Shown here: one piece after another, positions 30,164-39,633 of the stretch
How the letters are laid out: each line of letters begins with the position of its first letter
How positions within the stretch are numbered: position 1 is the stretch's first letter
Assembly (NCBI GenBank): GCA_031962025.1
Contig: JAVRKW010000002.1
DNA: 64,000 nucleotides
Strand: one strand, 5' to 3'
Source: Pseudothermotoga sp.
GTDB taxonomy: Bacteria > Thermotogota > Thermotogae > Thermotogales > DSM-5069
The notes under the pieces: model-generated
Told to the model about the DNA's origin: nothing
Seen by the model: only the letters and a program-made list of their open reading frames with translations
The model's database searches: none
Made by a program: the position numbers and the translations under genes

Positions 30164-31465
30164 TCACCATCCAAGCTTTACTACCCAAAAGTCATCGTTA
30201 CCATGACTTCCACTCACATCACCATCGTTTGACCAAGTATACCCAGCTACTATGTATCCACCATCAGCAGTCTGTTGAATTGAATATGCTCCATCAGAAA
30301 AAGATCCACCAAGTGCTTTTTGCCAGACTATATTCCCATTTCTGTCAAGTTTTACTACCCAAAAATCATCATTACCATGATTTCCACTCACATCACCATC
30401 GTTTGACCAAGTATACCCAGCTACTATGTATCCACCATCAGTAGTCTGTTGAATTGAATATGCTTCATCATTCCCAGATCCACCAAGTGCTTTTTGCCAT
30501 TGTTTATTCCCATTACTGTCAAGTTTTACTACCCAAAAGTCATAACCACCATGATATCCGCTTCCACTCACATCACCATCGTTTGACTCAGTATACCCAG
30601 CCACTATGTATCCACCATCAGTAGTCTGTTGAATTGAATATGCTTCATCATAAGAAGATCCACCAAGTGCTTTTTGCCAGACTATATTCCCATTACTGTC
30701 AAGTTTTACTACCCAAAAGTCACTGTTACCATGATTTCCACTCACATCACCATCGTTTGAGTTAGTATACCCAGCCACTATGTATCCACCATCAGTAGTC
30801 TGTTGAATTGAATGTGCTACATCCCAATCAGATCCACCGAGTGCTTTTTGCCATGCTATATTTCCACTATTGTCAAGTGTTACTACCCAAAAGTCATAGT
30901 CACCATCGTCTGACTCAGTATACCCAGCCACTATATATCCACCATCAGTAGTCTGTTGAACTGAATTTGCTTCATCATCATTAGATCCCCCAAGTACTTT
31001 TTGCCATTTTATATTCCCATCACTGTCAAGTTTTACTACCCAAAAGTCAGTTCCACCATGATATTCGCTTCCATTCACATCACCGTTGTTTGAAGCAGTA
31101 TACCCAGCAACTATGTAACCACCATCAGCAGTCTGTTGAACTGAATTTGCTACATCAAAAGAAGATCCACCGAGTGCTTTTTGCCATTCTATATTTCCAT
31201 TACTGTCAAGTTTTACTATCCAAAAATCATAACGACCATTATTTTCACTCACATCACCATCGTCTGACCAAGTATACCCAGCAACTATGTAACCACCATC
31301 AGCAGTCTGTTGAATTGAATTTGCTTCATCAAAAGAAGATCCACCGAGTGCTTTTTGCCAGATGATTCTAGGTGCTGTTTCTTGTTGACTGGGAACGGTT
31401 GCACAGTTTTCAAGGAAAATTGCAAGTAGGAAACTCAGAACAAACATTACCCAGGATTTTTTCAT
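30164..31465 (-). CDS. Exported 7-repeat beta-propeller protein
   Basis: Signal peptide with Cys21, then 7 repeats of WQKALGGS..D.A.S.QQT.DGGYIVAGYT.S..GD...DFWVVKLD.NGN. Confidence 0.88.
   Translation of the reverse strand: MKKSWVMFVLSFLLAIFLENCATVPSQQETAPRIIWQKALGGSSFDEANSIQQTADGGYIVAGYTWSDDGDVSENNGRYDFWIVKLDSNGNIEWQKALGGSSFDVANSVQQTADGGYIVAGYTASNNGDVNGSEYHGGTDFWVVKLDSDGNIKWQKVLGGSNDDEANSVQQTTDGGYIVAGYTESDDGDYDFWVVTLDNSGNIAWQKALGGSDWDVAHSIQQTTDGGYIVAGYTNSNDGDVSGNHGNSDFWVVKLDSNGNIVWQKALGGSSYDEAYSIQQTTDGGYIVAGYTESNDGDVSGSGYHGGYDFWVVKLDSNGNKQWQKALGGSGNDEAYSIQQTTDGGYIVAGYTWSNDGDVSGNHGNDDFWVVKLDRNGNIVWQKALGGSFSDGAYSIQQTADGGYIVAGYTWSNDGDVSGSHGNDDFWVVKLGW
30167..31366. repeat. Seven near-identical 153-180 bp intragenic tandem repeats
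   Basis: Units such as CCACCATCAGTAGTCTGTTGAATTGAAT and CAAGTTTTACTACCCAAAA recur in each repeat with few changes. Confidence 0.92.
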
Positions 31466-31693
31466 AACACTCCCCTCCTGCTTAAAGGTTTTGGTTTGTG
31501 TTATATCACATCATATCATAAAATTCAATATCAATCACAAAAATTTACAAAACCCAAAAATCACACAGGACAATCAAATATACAAAAGTAGCCAGTGAAT
31601 TTGCAATAAAAAGTAGGTACACAGGAATACCCTGTGAAAATAAGGCGGCACAGGCTATCAAACTTTTCACAAAGCCTATACTTTGAATGGATG

Positions 31694-32686
31694 TTATTTA
31701 ACCCTAACAACACTGGATCTTTCGATGAGCTTTACATCGAGTATGTTTTCTTCTACCTGATTTTCACCGATGACTGAAAGAAAAGCCTGCCGACCGAGTT
31801 CTTTTCTGTCTATGTGCACGGTGGTCAGCGGGGGGTTGATGATGCTTGAAAAGACCAGATCGTCTACGCCCACAACGCTCAGTTGATCTGGAATCTTTAT
31901 TTTCATCTCTTTTGCGGCGTTGATGACTGCATAGGCAAATATGTCGTTATAACAGAAAACAGCCGTTATTTTCTTTGACAGTTCTGTTTGCAGGAACTCT
32001 TTAAATTTCCCATAAGAATTTTCAAACCCTTCTGAAGAATTTATAATGTGCTGTGACAGTCCTGCTTTTTTCATTGCCGTTGAATAGCCTTTCTGACGAA
32101 ATTGAGATGTGAATTTTTCTGGCAATGAATTGAACATTAGGATATTCTCGTGACCCATCTGGATCAGATATTCTGTTGCGATGTAGCCAATTTTTTCGTC
32201 ATCCGGTCTGACAGATTTTAGACCTCTAAAGTGTGATCCAACGATCACTATATTGGTCTTGTGATTCACGCCAAGCAAAAATTCCCAGTTGCGCTGGGTC
32301 GATGTGATGATTATTCCATCGACTCTTCTTTCGATCATTTTAATAACGGCTGTTCTTTCACGTTCTGGATCTCTGTAGGTATTGACGAGTATCGTTTCAA
32401 AGCCTTTTTCATAAGCCGCGTCCTCTATTCCGCTCAAGACATCCGCATAGAATGGGTTTGAGTTATCGACTATTACAACACCTATGATTCTGGTTTTTCT
32501 CTGTCTCAGTGAAAGAGCCGTTTTGTCTTTGTAGTATCCAATATTTCTCGCAATTTCTAAAATCTTTTGTTTTGCCTGCTGGCTCACATACCCCCTGCCG
32601 CTCAGAGCTCTTGAGACTGTGTTTATTGAATAACCACTGAGCTGAGCTATGTCTTTTATTGTCACCTGGCTTTTCTTCACCTTCAC
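31694..32686 (-). CDS. LacI-family transcriptional regulator (last gene of the SQ operon)
   Basis: TIKDIAQLSGYSINTVSRAL HTH, SVVGVDD, PPLTTV. Confidence 0.95.
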   Translation of the reverse strand: MKVKKSQVTIKDIAQLSGYSINTVSRALSGRGYVSQQAKQKILEIARNIGYYKDKTALSLRQRKTRIIGVVIVDNSNPFYADVLSGIEDAAYEKGFETILVNTYRDPERERTAVIKMIERRVDGIIITSTQRNWEFLLGVNHKTNIVIVGSHFRGLKSVRPDDEKIGYIATEYLIQMGHENILMFNSLPEKFTSQFRQKGYSTAMKKAGLSQHIINSSEGFENSYGKFKEFLQTELSKKITAVFCYNDIFAYAVINAAKEMKIKIPDQLSVVGVDDLVFSSIINPPLTTVHIDRKELGRQAFLSVIGENQVEENILDVKLIERSSVVRVK

Positions 32687-34095
32687 ACCTCTTCAGCTTT
32701 CATGTAGTCTTTGTATGGAAGTACTTTTAAAATCTTCAGATCGAGCCAGTAGCTCAGTTCAAAGAGCTCTTCTTCCCAGTTTCCTTTCACGACGCAAAAA
32801 TGGTGCTCCAGACCGTATGTCATAATGGTGTTTATCAGATCGAGCACACTCAGTTTTTGTTCACCCAAAGCCATGCTGTGTAACCAGCCGCGGCTGCCAT
32901 CGAAAGACGGCTTGGAATCGCCGGTGAATTCACCTCTGAAGAAGAATATACCACGTCCATTGTCGGTCAATCTCATGACAGTTGCCGGCATTTTATCCAA
33001 AACCATGCTTGCAACCGGTGCCATCGTGAGCCAGCCTTTTTGCGGGTCAAACGGTCCGGGATTGAAGTGCTTTTCCATCCAGACATTTTGAGAGTAGCAT
33101 TTACTGCCAATTCCACAATGCCAAAACAGAACGCTGTCGTCCTTCATGTCTATATGGGAAATGTCAAAAATCAGAGAAGGACATTTTGCTATGTATCTGA
33201 GTATGAGCATGCTCAGAGCTCCGTAAAGATCACCCTCGCACGAGACTGTGATACCCATGTCATTTAAAAATCCAAAACTGGCACATGGAACCATTGAAAG
33301 TTGCGATCTGAACTGAGGCCAGCAGGTTATTGCAAAAGCTTCATAACCTGATTGATAAAGCTCTTTAATCACATCGACCAGCAAAGCGGCTTTTGGTAGA
33401 GTCTGATTGGAAAGATTGTCTATACTGTTAAAATGTCTTTTCATCTGATCGATTGTGGTTTCAGCCTGTTTTTGAGAAGCCATCAATCTAACCAGTTCTT
33501 TGAAGCTGATTTTTTCAACGGTTATGCCAAAATGATTGTATATATCAGATGGTTCATAAGCCAAATTGTCAAATCCTGGAGCCCAGCCTTCCACCTGGAG
33601 TATTTTTTTGTTTTTCAAGTTCTTAATGACACTCAGGGTTTTGAGCGTCAAAGTGATGCGTTTTTTGAAAATTTCCTGATCTGGATATCCATAAAACCAT
33701 TTGAACTTTCTGTGTGGTTTTTTCTTTCGAAGGATACTGGCATTCAAGTTCATCGCACACAGTGAGTTTAAAGGCAACGGTCCGTGGTCTCCTTCTTCAG
33801 GTATAGCCCACAAACCGAGAAAGGTCTCCAGCTCAGAAAAAACCTGTATCAGATAGCCAGATGCGAAAGAAGCGTTCAAAATTAACAGAAAATCTATGCC
33901 TTCAGCTTCAAGCTCTTTCACTGATCTTTGTGCATCTTCAACATTTGCAACGAGTTTTTTCACATGGTACAGATCAAAATCAAGTTGTTTGGAGAGCTCA
34001 TGCAAACCTGTAAGACATCTGTTGAATACAGCTTCTTTATTTCCTCTGAAATTTGGTTGCATTAAACCTACCAGACCCACTTTCAATCTTTCCAA
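32683..34095 (-). CDS. L-fucose/L-arabinose isomerase-family protein, putative sulfoquinovose isomerase (SftI/SqvD-like)
   Basis: CWP, CEGD, WHCG and EHH motifs of the fucose-isomerase fold. The SQ role is inferred from context. Confidence 0.75.
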   Translation of the reverse strand: MERLKVGLVGLMQPNFRGNKEAVFNRCLTGLHELSKQLDFDLYHVKKLVANVEDAQRSVKELEAEGIDFLLILNASFASGYLIQVFSELETFLGLWAIPEEGDHGPLPLNSLCAMNLNASILRKKKPHRKFKWFYGYPDQEIFKKRITLTLKTLSVIKNLKNKKILQVEGWAPGFDNLAYEPSDIYNHFGITVEKISFKELVRLMASQKQAETTIDQMKRHFNSIDNLSNQTLPKAALLVDVIKELYQSGYEAFAITCWPQFRSQLSMVPCASFGFLNDMGITVSCEGDLYGALSMLILRYIAKCPSLIFDISHIDMKDDSVLFWHCGIGSKCYSQNVWMEKHFNPGPFDPQKGWLTMAPVASMVLDKMPATVMRLTDNGRGIFFFRGEFTGDSKPSFDGSRGWLHSMALGEQKLSVLDLINTIMTYGLEHHFCVVKGNWEEELFELSYWLDLKILKVLPYKDYMKAEEV

Positions 34096-36053
34096 AGTTT
34101 CTCACCAGCCTTTCTTATGAAAAACGCAGGTTTTCCCAGCGGGGCAGGGACTTTGTGTTCTCCGCCGTGGTACTCTTTGCCAGTCCAGTAATGGATCCAT
34201 TGATCATCTGGCAGATAAACTGTTAACTCCTGTACCCCCTGGTTTAACACTGGTGCCACCAGTATGTCCCTACCCAGCAAAAATTCGTATTGTTCTGTAT
34301 AGCAACGCGGTTCATCATAGTGAAGGAAAAGAGGTCTTATAATTGGTAACCCGGTTTTGCAGTATTCATCGATGTATTTTAAAAAGACACTCTTGAGTTT
34401 TCTGTGGAGTTCTGTCATACTCACGAAGTGCTCAATTGTTTCTTCATCTGAATCAAATTGCCAGTTTTCATCTGGCCAGTTGCCTTCATGGGTTCTCATA
34501 ACCGGTGTGAAAACAGAGAGTTCAGTCCATCTCAGAAACAGTTCTTTTGATCTCACCGTTCTCACCAGATCAGGGACGTTTTTCGCCAAAGTCGTGTAGC
34601 CGCCGATATCAGAATGAACCAGGGCAACCCCGCTCAGACCAAGAGAGAGTGTTGCCGGTATCACGCTGGCTAAACCGTCGTCTTTCGACCAGTTGACCAG
34701 TTGATCACCATTCCAGTAAAGAGGAGTGTATTTTGCACTGCCGGTGTAACCAGAACGCATGAAGTAGACAATATCGTCCCGTTTTGATTCTTTGACAGCT
34801 TCGTAATTCAATTGAGCCCATAGAGCTGGAAATTTGTTGTGCAAAAGTTCTCCAAACTCACCGCTGTAAACTACAGCATCTACAGGAAAGTATTCTCCAT
34901 AATCTGCCATCCAGCCAGACAATCCTATGCCGATCATGTTCTGCTTGATCACATTTTTCAACCACTCTCTGGCGTATGGATTTGTCAAATCGACCATCGC
35001 CGCAGAGAAGGTAGTCACAACGATGTGATATTCCTCACCGTTTTGTTTTTTCACAAGAAAACCTCTGGCACTGGCTTCTTTGTAAAGATTGCCTTCGAGT
35101 GCCAGAAAAGGATTTATGTATCCCAGAACACGTATCTCTTCTTTTTTGAGTTTTTGAATAGTTTCAGGTAAATCAGGGTAGAGATTCTCTGAGTATTCCC
35201 AGTTCCACATCAACTGTTTTCCAAAAGTTGTAATTCTTTTTCCTTCCCAGTCCTGAATCCAGACACCTGCTATTTTTAGCCCTTTGCTTCTCATTTTATC
35301 TATTTTTTTGAGCATTATCTCGCTTCCACCCTGTATACCCAGAATCGCTCCGTCAAGAATCCAATCGGCGATCCTTGGCTGTCTGCCGAGCAATTCTGTC
35401 ATCTTGCCAAAAAGATCCTGCCAGTCCTGAGCTGAGTATATCTTCACTGTTATCGGTAATTGCCAGACTTCTATCTGAGCATAGTCTTTGGTGAAATCAA
35501 ATACCATGTAAGAGGAACCGCCGATGTGACAGAAATACAGCTCTGAAGAGACAAAAGTTGGTTGGGGAAAATAAGTGGTGTACCAGTCACCACCGGCATT
35601 GGAAGACAGGTCGGCAAAGAGAGTTATCAGGTCTTTTTTGTTTCGTCCGACACCCTGTTCGCTCACCCAGATAGGAAGTTTTTTTCCTCTCAGGTCAAAA
35701 TATGAGTACTGTTCGCCGCATCCGTAGATATGTTCGTTGTTTTTTAAAGGCAGTCTGAACCAGATTCTGTTCAGAGTTTTGTCGATTGGTTCAAAGGTGA
35801 TCTGAAGACAGCCGTCTGATTCTTCAAAAATTACAGTCAGCAATTCTTCAAAACTCACTTTGTTTTCGTGGATGGAAAATTTTCTCAAAGGCACTTTGAG
35901 AAACAGCTCATCTGTGATCTGAAAATTCCCATGGTGCATTTCAAAGTCTGCTTTTCCAATGCCGCAGAAAAACAGTGGATTATCTTCTTTGTGAGAGATT
36001 AAGAGATTTTTGTATCTAACTTCAAAACCACTGGTTGTTCTGTTGATTTTCAT
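34083..36053 (-). CDS. yihQ: GH31 sulfoquinovosidase
   Basis: YGCGEQ, SEQGVGRNK, WIQDW.G.R.T.FGK.LMWNW, GWMADYGE (nucleophile), WNGDQ (acid/base), SDIGGYTT and RTHEGN all follow the YihQ-type GH31 pattern. Confidence 0.88.
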   Translation of the reverse strand: MKINRTTSGFEVRYKNLLISHKEDNPLFFCGIGKADFEMHHGNFQITDELFLKVPLRKFSIHENKVSFEELLTVIFEESDGCLQITFEPIDKTLNRIWFRLPLKNNEHIYGCGEQYSYFDLRGKKLPIWVSEQGVGRNKKDLITLFADLSSNAGGDWYTTYFPQPTFVSSELYFCHIGGSSYMVFDFTKDYAQIEVWQLPITVKIYSAQDWQDLFGKMTELLGRQPRIADWILDGAILGIQGGSEIMLKKIDKMRSKGLKIAGVWIQDWEGKRITTFGKQLMWNWEYSENLYPDLPETIQKLKKEEIRVLGYINPFLALEGNLYKEASARGFLVKKQNGEEYHIVVTTFSAAMVDLTNPYAREWLKNVIKQNMIGIGLSGWMADYGEYFPVDAVVYSGEFGELLHNKFPALWAQLNYEAVKESKRDDIVYFMRSGYTGSAKYTPLYWNGDQLVNWSKDDGLASVIPATLSLGLSGVALVHSDIGGYTTLAKNVPDLVRTVRSKELFLRWTELSVFTPVMRTHEGNWPDENWQFDSDEETIEHFVSMTELHRKLKSVFLKYIDEYCKTGLPIIRPLFLHYDEPRCYTEQYEFLLGRDILVAPVLNQGVQELTVYLPDDQWIHYWTGKEYHGGEHKVPAPLGKPAFFIRKAGEKLWKD

Positions 36054-36075
36054 TTATATCACCTCATGGTATACT

Positions 36076-37491
36076 TCAGGAAATATCAAAAGCCACCGTT
36101 TTGATTTCTGTCATTTCTTCTATGGCAAACCTGATTCCCTCTCTTCCTATTCCACTGTCTTTGTAGCCACCGTACGGCATGAAATCTGCCCTGAATCTGG
36201 GACCTTCATTTATCATGACGCCGCCAAAATTGAGTTCTTTTATGGCTCTGAACGCTTGCTGAATATCCCTTGTGAATAAACCAACCTGAAGACCGTACTT
36301 TGTAGAGTTTGCTTCCTCAATAGCCTGGTCAAAGGTTTCAAAAGGATTTACGGCAACGGCAGGACCAAAGAGTTCATCTGTCATTATCTTGGTGTTTTTC
36401 GGCACCTGACATAGCACAGTGGGTTCTATCAGATTTCTGTCTCTGCTGCCGCCAGTTAGAAGTTTTCCACCTGCTTTGACTGCTTCATCGATCCATTCTG
36501 TGATTCTGTCTGCGTTTGATCTGTCTATGACCGGTCCCATCTGAGTTTCTTGTAGTTCTGGATCTCCAACCTTTAATTTGCTGACTTGATCGACAAGCAT
36601 TTCCAGAAATTCCTTGTAAACTTTTTTGTGAACGTAAATTCGCTGAACCGATATACAAACCTGCCCGGCTATTGAGAAACCACCGCTGACTGCCGCTTTA
36701 ACCGCTTTGGATAGATCGGCACTCTCACAAACTATCATCGGGGAATTGGAACCAAGTTCCAGACACAGTTTCTTGATTCCTGCATTCTTTGCAATGAGTT
36801 CACCCACGGGGACGCTCCCGGTGAAGCTGACTACTCTGACTCGTCTGTCCTGAACGAGCTTCAAGCCGACTTGATTTCCCGAACCGGTTATGATGCTCAG
36901 TGCTTCTTCAGGCATTCCGGCTTCAAGCAGTATCTCACCAAGAAGCAGTGTGTTCAGTGGAGTTTTTGATGCAGGTTTTATTATTACCGCATTACCTGCG
37001 GCAATTGCAGGTGCCACTTTGTGACCACACAGGGCTAAAGGCACGTTGAATGGAACGATGGCTAAAACAACGCCGGCAGGTTCGCGCACAAAGTAACCTA
37101 TTTTTTCTTGCGAACTTTTTAAAGAATCAAAAGGAAGTGTTTCGCCGTGAATTCTTTTTGCCTCTTGTGCGGCATATTCAAAGATTTCCGCTGTTCTGAT
37201 AACCTCTGCCATCGCTTCGTTGAAAGTTTTGCCGACTTCCTTTACCAATAACTTTGCCATCTGATCTTTTTTTTGAATGAGAATCTCTGATGTTTTTTGC
37301 AGAATCTCAGATCTCTTCCACGCCGGCATGTTTTTCATCTGCTGTGCACCTTTTACTGCGGCGCTTAAAGCGTTTTCAATATCTTCTTCAGTTGCTTTTG
37401 GTACGGTATCAACAACGGTTTCATCGTAAGGATAATAAACTTCGATTTTCTGGGGTTTGTCTATCCAGCGTCCGGCTATTAACATCTTCAT
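36076..37491 (-). CDS. NAD(P)+-dependent aldehyde dehydrogenase, putative sulfolactaldehyde dehydrogenase
   Basis: PFNVP, FTGS, LELGSN, GQVC (catalytic Cys), ELFGP, MPYGG. Substrate inferred from context. Confidence 0.8.
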   Translation of the reverse strand: MKMLIAGRWIDKPQKIEVYYPYDETVVDTVPKATEEDIENALSAAVKGAQQMKNMPAWKRSEILQKTSEILIQKKDQMAKLLVKEVGKTFNEAMAEVIRTAEIFEYAAQEAKRIHGETLPFDSLKSSQEKIGYFVREPAGVVLAIVPFNVPLALCGHKVAPAIAAGNAVIIKPASKTPLNTLLLGEILLEAGMPEEALSIITGSGNQVGLKLVQDRRVRVVSFTGSVPVGELIAKNAGIKKLCLELGSNSPMIVCESADLSKAVKAAVSGGFSIAGQVCISVQRIYVHKKVYKEFLEMLVDQVSKLKVGDPELQETQMGPVIDRSNADRITEWIDEAVKAGGKLLTGGSRDRNLIEPTVLCQVPKNTKIMTDELFGPAVAVNPFETFDQAIEEANSTKYGLQVGLFTRDIQQAFRAIKELNFGGVMINEGPRFRADFMPYGGYKDSGIGREGIRFAIEEMTEIKTVAFDIS

Positions 37492-37506
37492 TTTCAGCCA
37501 CCACCT

Positions 37507-38661
37507 TCAAGCACTTCTGAAGAGTTTTGTTAGAACAAATTCGTTGTGCCTGAGTATCTCTGCTTTTACGAGCTGACCATTTGCCGTTCTGACAACTCTA
37601 TCCCACAGTGAATCGGCAGCCTGATCCAGATTCACCTCTCCTCTGAGTAAAGATGAAACGTCGACATCTATGTGTTCGTTCATCGTCTGAGCAGTTTTGG
37701 GATTGGCAGTTATTTTGATAACCGGTATGATCGGATTTCCTATGGGATTTCCCTGACCTGTTGGGAACAGATGAATAACGGCACCGGCTGCTGCAAAAAG
37801 CGTTACAGCTTCGGCTGCGGCAGAGGACGTGTTCATGAAATAAAGCCCTTTGCCTGGTGCTGGGTCGGCAAAATCTAAAGCTCCGTCGATCATTGCGTTA
37901 CCGATCTTTTGGATATTTCCCAGTGCTTTTTCTTCAATAGTACTCAGTCCACCGGCGATGTTTCCCTCGGTTGGTTGAGAGCCGAGTAGATCCACACCCT
38001 GAGATTTGACAAGTTCCTGGTATTCATTGAAAAATTTCATGAATTTTTCTCTCTCGGTCTGGCTTTTGAATCTAAGAGCGACTATGTGTTCTGCGCCTGT
38101 GAGTTCTGTGGTTTCTCCAAACAGCACCGTTCCACCGATTTGCAAAAATCTCTCTGTGAAACGTCCAACGACTTTGTTCGCTCCCAGACCGGAAGTTGTA
38201 TCAGATTCACCGCATTTGAGACTTATAGTGAGCTCACTTATGTCGACCGGCTCTCTCTTCAAAGCGGTTGCATCTTCAACCAGTTTGACGGCTGCCCTTG
38301 TAACCTTTTCTATGGTTTTGATCTGTCCACTGCCTTCAACCCAGAACGCTTCAACTGGCTTGCCTGTTTTTGCTATCTCATCGGCTATTCTGTGTGTCCA
38401 GTTTGGTTCAATTCCAACAACGATGGCGGCGGCGACATTTGGATTTTTACCGGTTCCTATCATCGTCTTGAAAAATAATTTTAGATCATCTCCAAACTGC
38501 AGCCTTCCGTATGGATGCGGAATTGCAAGAGTACCTCTCACGATTTTCTCAACAGCTTCGACTACCGCATTGGATATGTCATCGACAGGAATTAAAAGGA
38601 CGTAGTTTCGCACGCCAACTGTGCCGTCTTTTCTTCTATAGGCAATAATCTGTCTTTCCAT
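37507..38661 (-). CDS. suyB: Sulfolactate sulfo-lyase beta subunit (UxaA family)
   Basis: GVRNYV..IPVDDISN, PHPYGRLQFGDDL, GTGKNPNVAA, KCGESDTT and SQPTEGNIAGGLSTIEEKA are the SuyB-type variants of the UxaA motifs. Confidence 0.85.
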   Translation of the reverse strand: MERQIIAYRRKDGTVGVRNYVLLIPVDDISNAVVEAVEKIVRGTLAIPHPYGRLQFGDDLKLFFKTMIGTGKNPNVAAAIVVGIEPNWTHRIADEIAKTGKPVEAFWVEGSGQIKTIEKVTRAAVKLVEDATALKREPVDISELTISLKCGESDTTSGLGANKVVGRFTERFLQIGGTVLFGETTELTGAEHIVALRFKSQTEREKFMKFFNEYQELVKSQGVDLLGSQPTEGNIAGGLSTIEEKALGNIQKIGNAMIDGALDFADPAPGKGLYFMNTSSAAAEAVTLFAAAGAVIHLFPTGQGNPIGNPIIPVIKITANPKTAQTMNEHIDVDVSSLLRGEVNLDQAADSLWDRVVRTANGQLVKAEILRHNEFVLTKLFRSA

Positions 38662-38665
38662 ACTC

Positions 38666-38947
38666 TCACCCCCATCTTAAACTCTTTATGTTGTGTACGT
38701 GAACGTGTTCACCTTTTTTGATGTCACTGGTAGCAATCCCGATTACTTCACCATATTCGATGACCTTTTCTCCCTTTTTTATTTCTCTGAGCGCTATCTT
38801 GTGACCGAGTGGTATATCCTGCAAAACTTCGATTTGGTATTCACAGTCTTTATCCACTGTGAACCCCTTTGCCTTTGATCCTTTTTTAAGGTCAACAGTG
38901 GCTACACCAACATAATCACCGTTTTTGTGCACCAGAAAATCAATCAC
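38666..38947 (-). CDS. suyA: Sulfolactate sulfo-lyase alpha subunit (SAF domain)
   Basis: FLVH...D.VGV, DIPLGHKIAL, GEHVHVHNIKSLRW; directly upstream of suyB. Confidence 0.85.
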   Translation of the reverse strand: MIDFLVHKNGDYVGVATVDLKKGSKAKGFTVDKDCEYQIEVLQDIPLGHKIALREIKKGEKVIEYGEVIGIATSDIKKGEHVHVHNIKSLRWG

Positions 38948-38959
38948 TGAAATCCCTCC

Positions 38960-39619
38960 TTAACCATAGATTGAATCCCAGGATTGCGAGAATACCTTCA
39001 AGCCCATCTCCGTGTAAGGGCTCTCAAAGGCTTTTTTGTAAACATCAAAAGCGCAGGTTATTATGTCCGCTCCGCACAGAGCGGCATCCACGAAGTGCTT
39101 GACCGATCTTGTGGCAGCCACTAAGATCTTTGAATCGTAATTGTAATTTTTAATTGCTCTTACAATAGATGGTATAAAGTTGGGGTCTATATCACCTCTC
39201 TCTTCTTTCCAGCCGACGAAAGGACTTATGTAAAAGGCTCCGAGCCTTGCCGCCTGAAGTGCCTGCACAAGATTGAAAACAAGTGTCATGTTGACTTTGA
39301 TCTGCATTTTTTTGAGCCTTGCAAGTGCCTCAAAGCCGGGTTCTGTAGCGGGAATCTTTATGACAAAATTTTCTCCAAGATTTGAGAGCCTAACAGCTTC
39401 GCGGACGATATCTTCGCAATCACTCAAATGGGGGTTTACCTCTAAACTCACCGTGAAATCAGCTGATGGAATCATATCTTTGACCTTTGAAGCGAATTCT
39501 TCAACCTTCATTCCTGCGCTCATCAAATGCCGGGGGTTGGTTGTCACGCCGTCGATTTTCCATTTTTTGATTGCATATTCGATCTCGTCCAGCTTTGCAC
39601 TGTCAAGAAAAAACAACAT
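38960..39619 (-). CDS. 6-deoxy-6-sulfofructose transaldolase (SftT/SqvA-like)
   Basis: Transaldolase/FSA fold (FLDSA, VIKIP Schiff-base Lys) with TTNPRH and SPFVGW in place of the canonical TTNPS/PFVGR. Confidence 0.88.
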   Translation of the reverse strand: MLFFLDSAKLDEIEYAIKKWKIDGVTTNPRHLMSAGMKVEEFASKVKDMIPSADFTVSLEVNPHLSDCEDIVREAVRLSNLGENFVIKIPATEPGFEALARLKKMQIKVNMTLVFNLVQALQAARLGAFYISPFVGWKEERGDIDPNFIPSIVRAIKNYNYDSKILVAATRSVKHFVDAALCGADIITCAFDVYKKAFESPYTEMGLKVFSQSWDSIYG

Positions 39620-39633
39620 CTTCATCACTCCTT

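Noticed and set aside
30167..31366. CRISPR array or DGR template/variable repeats
   Set aside because: The repeats are long, in-frame coding units with no unique spacers. No cas gene, reverse transcriptase or non-coding template copy is present in the window.
37507..38947. Altronate/galactarate dehydratase (uxaA/garD) call
   Set aside because: The DDISN, YGRLQFG and CGESDTT variants and the sulfo-sugar context fit SuyAB better. There are no hexuronate genes nearby.
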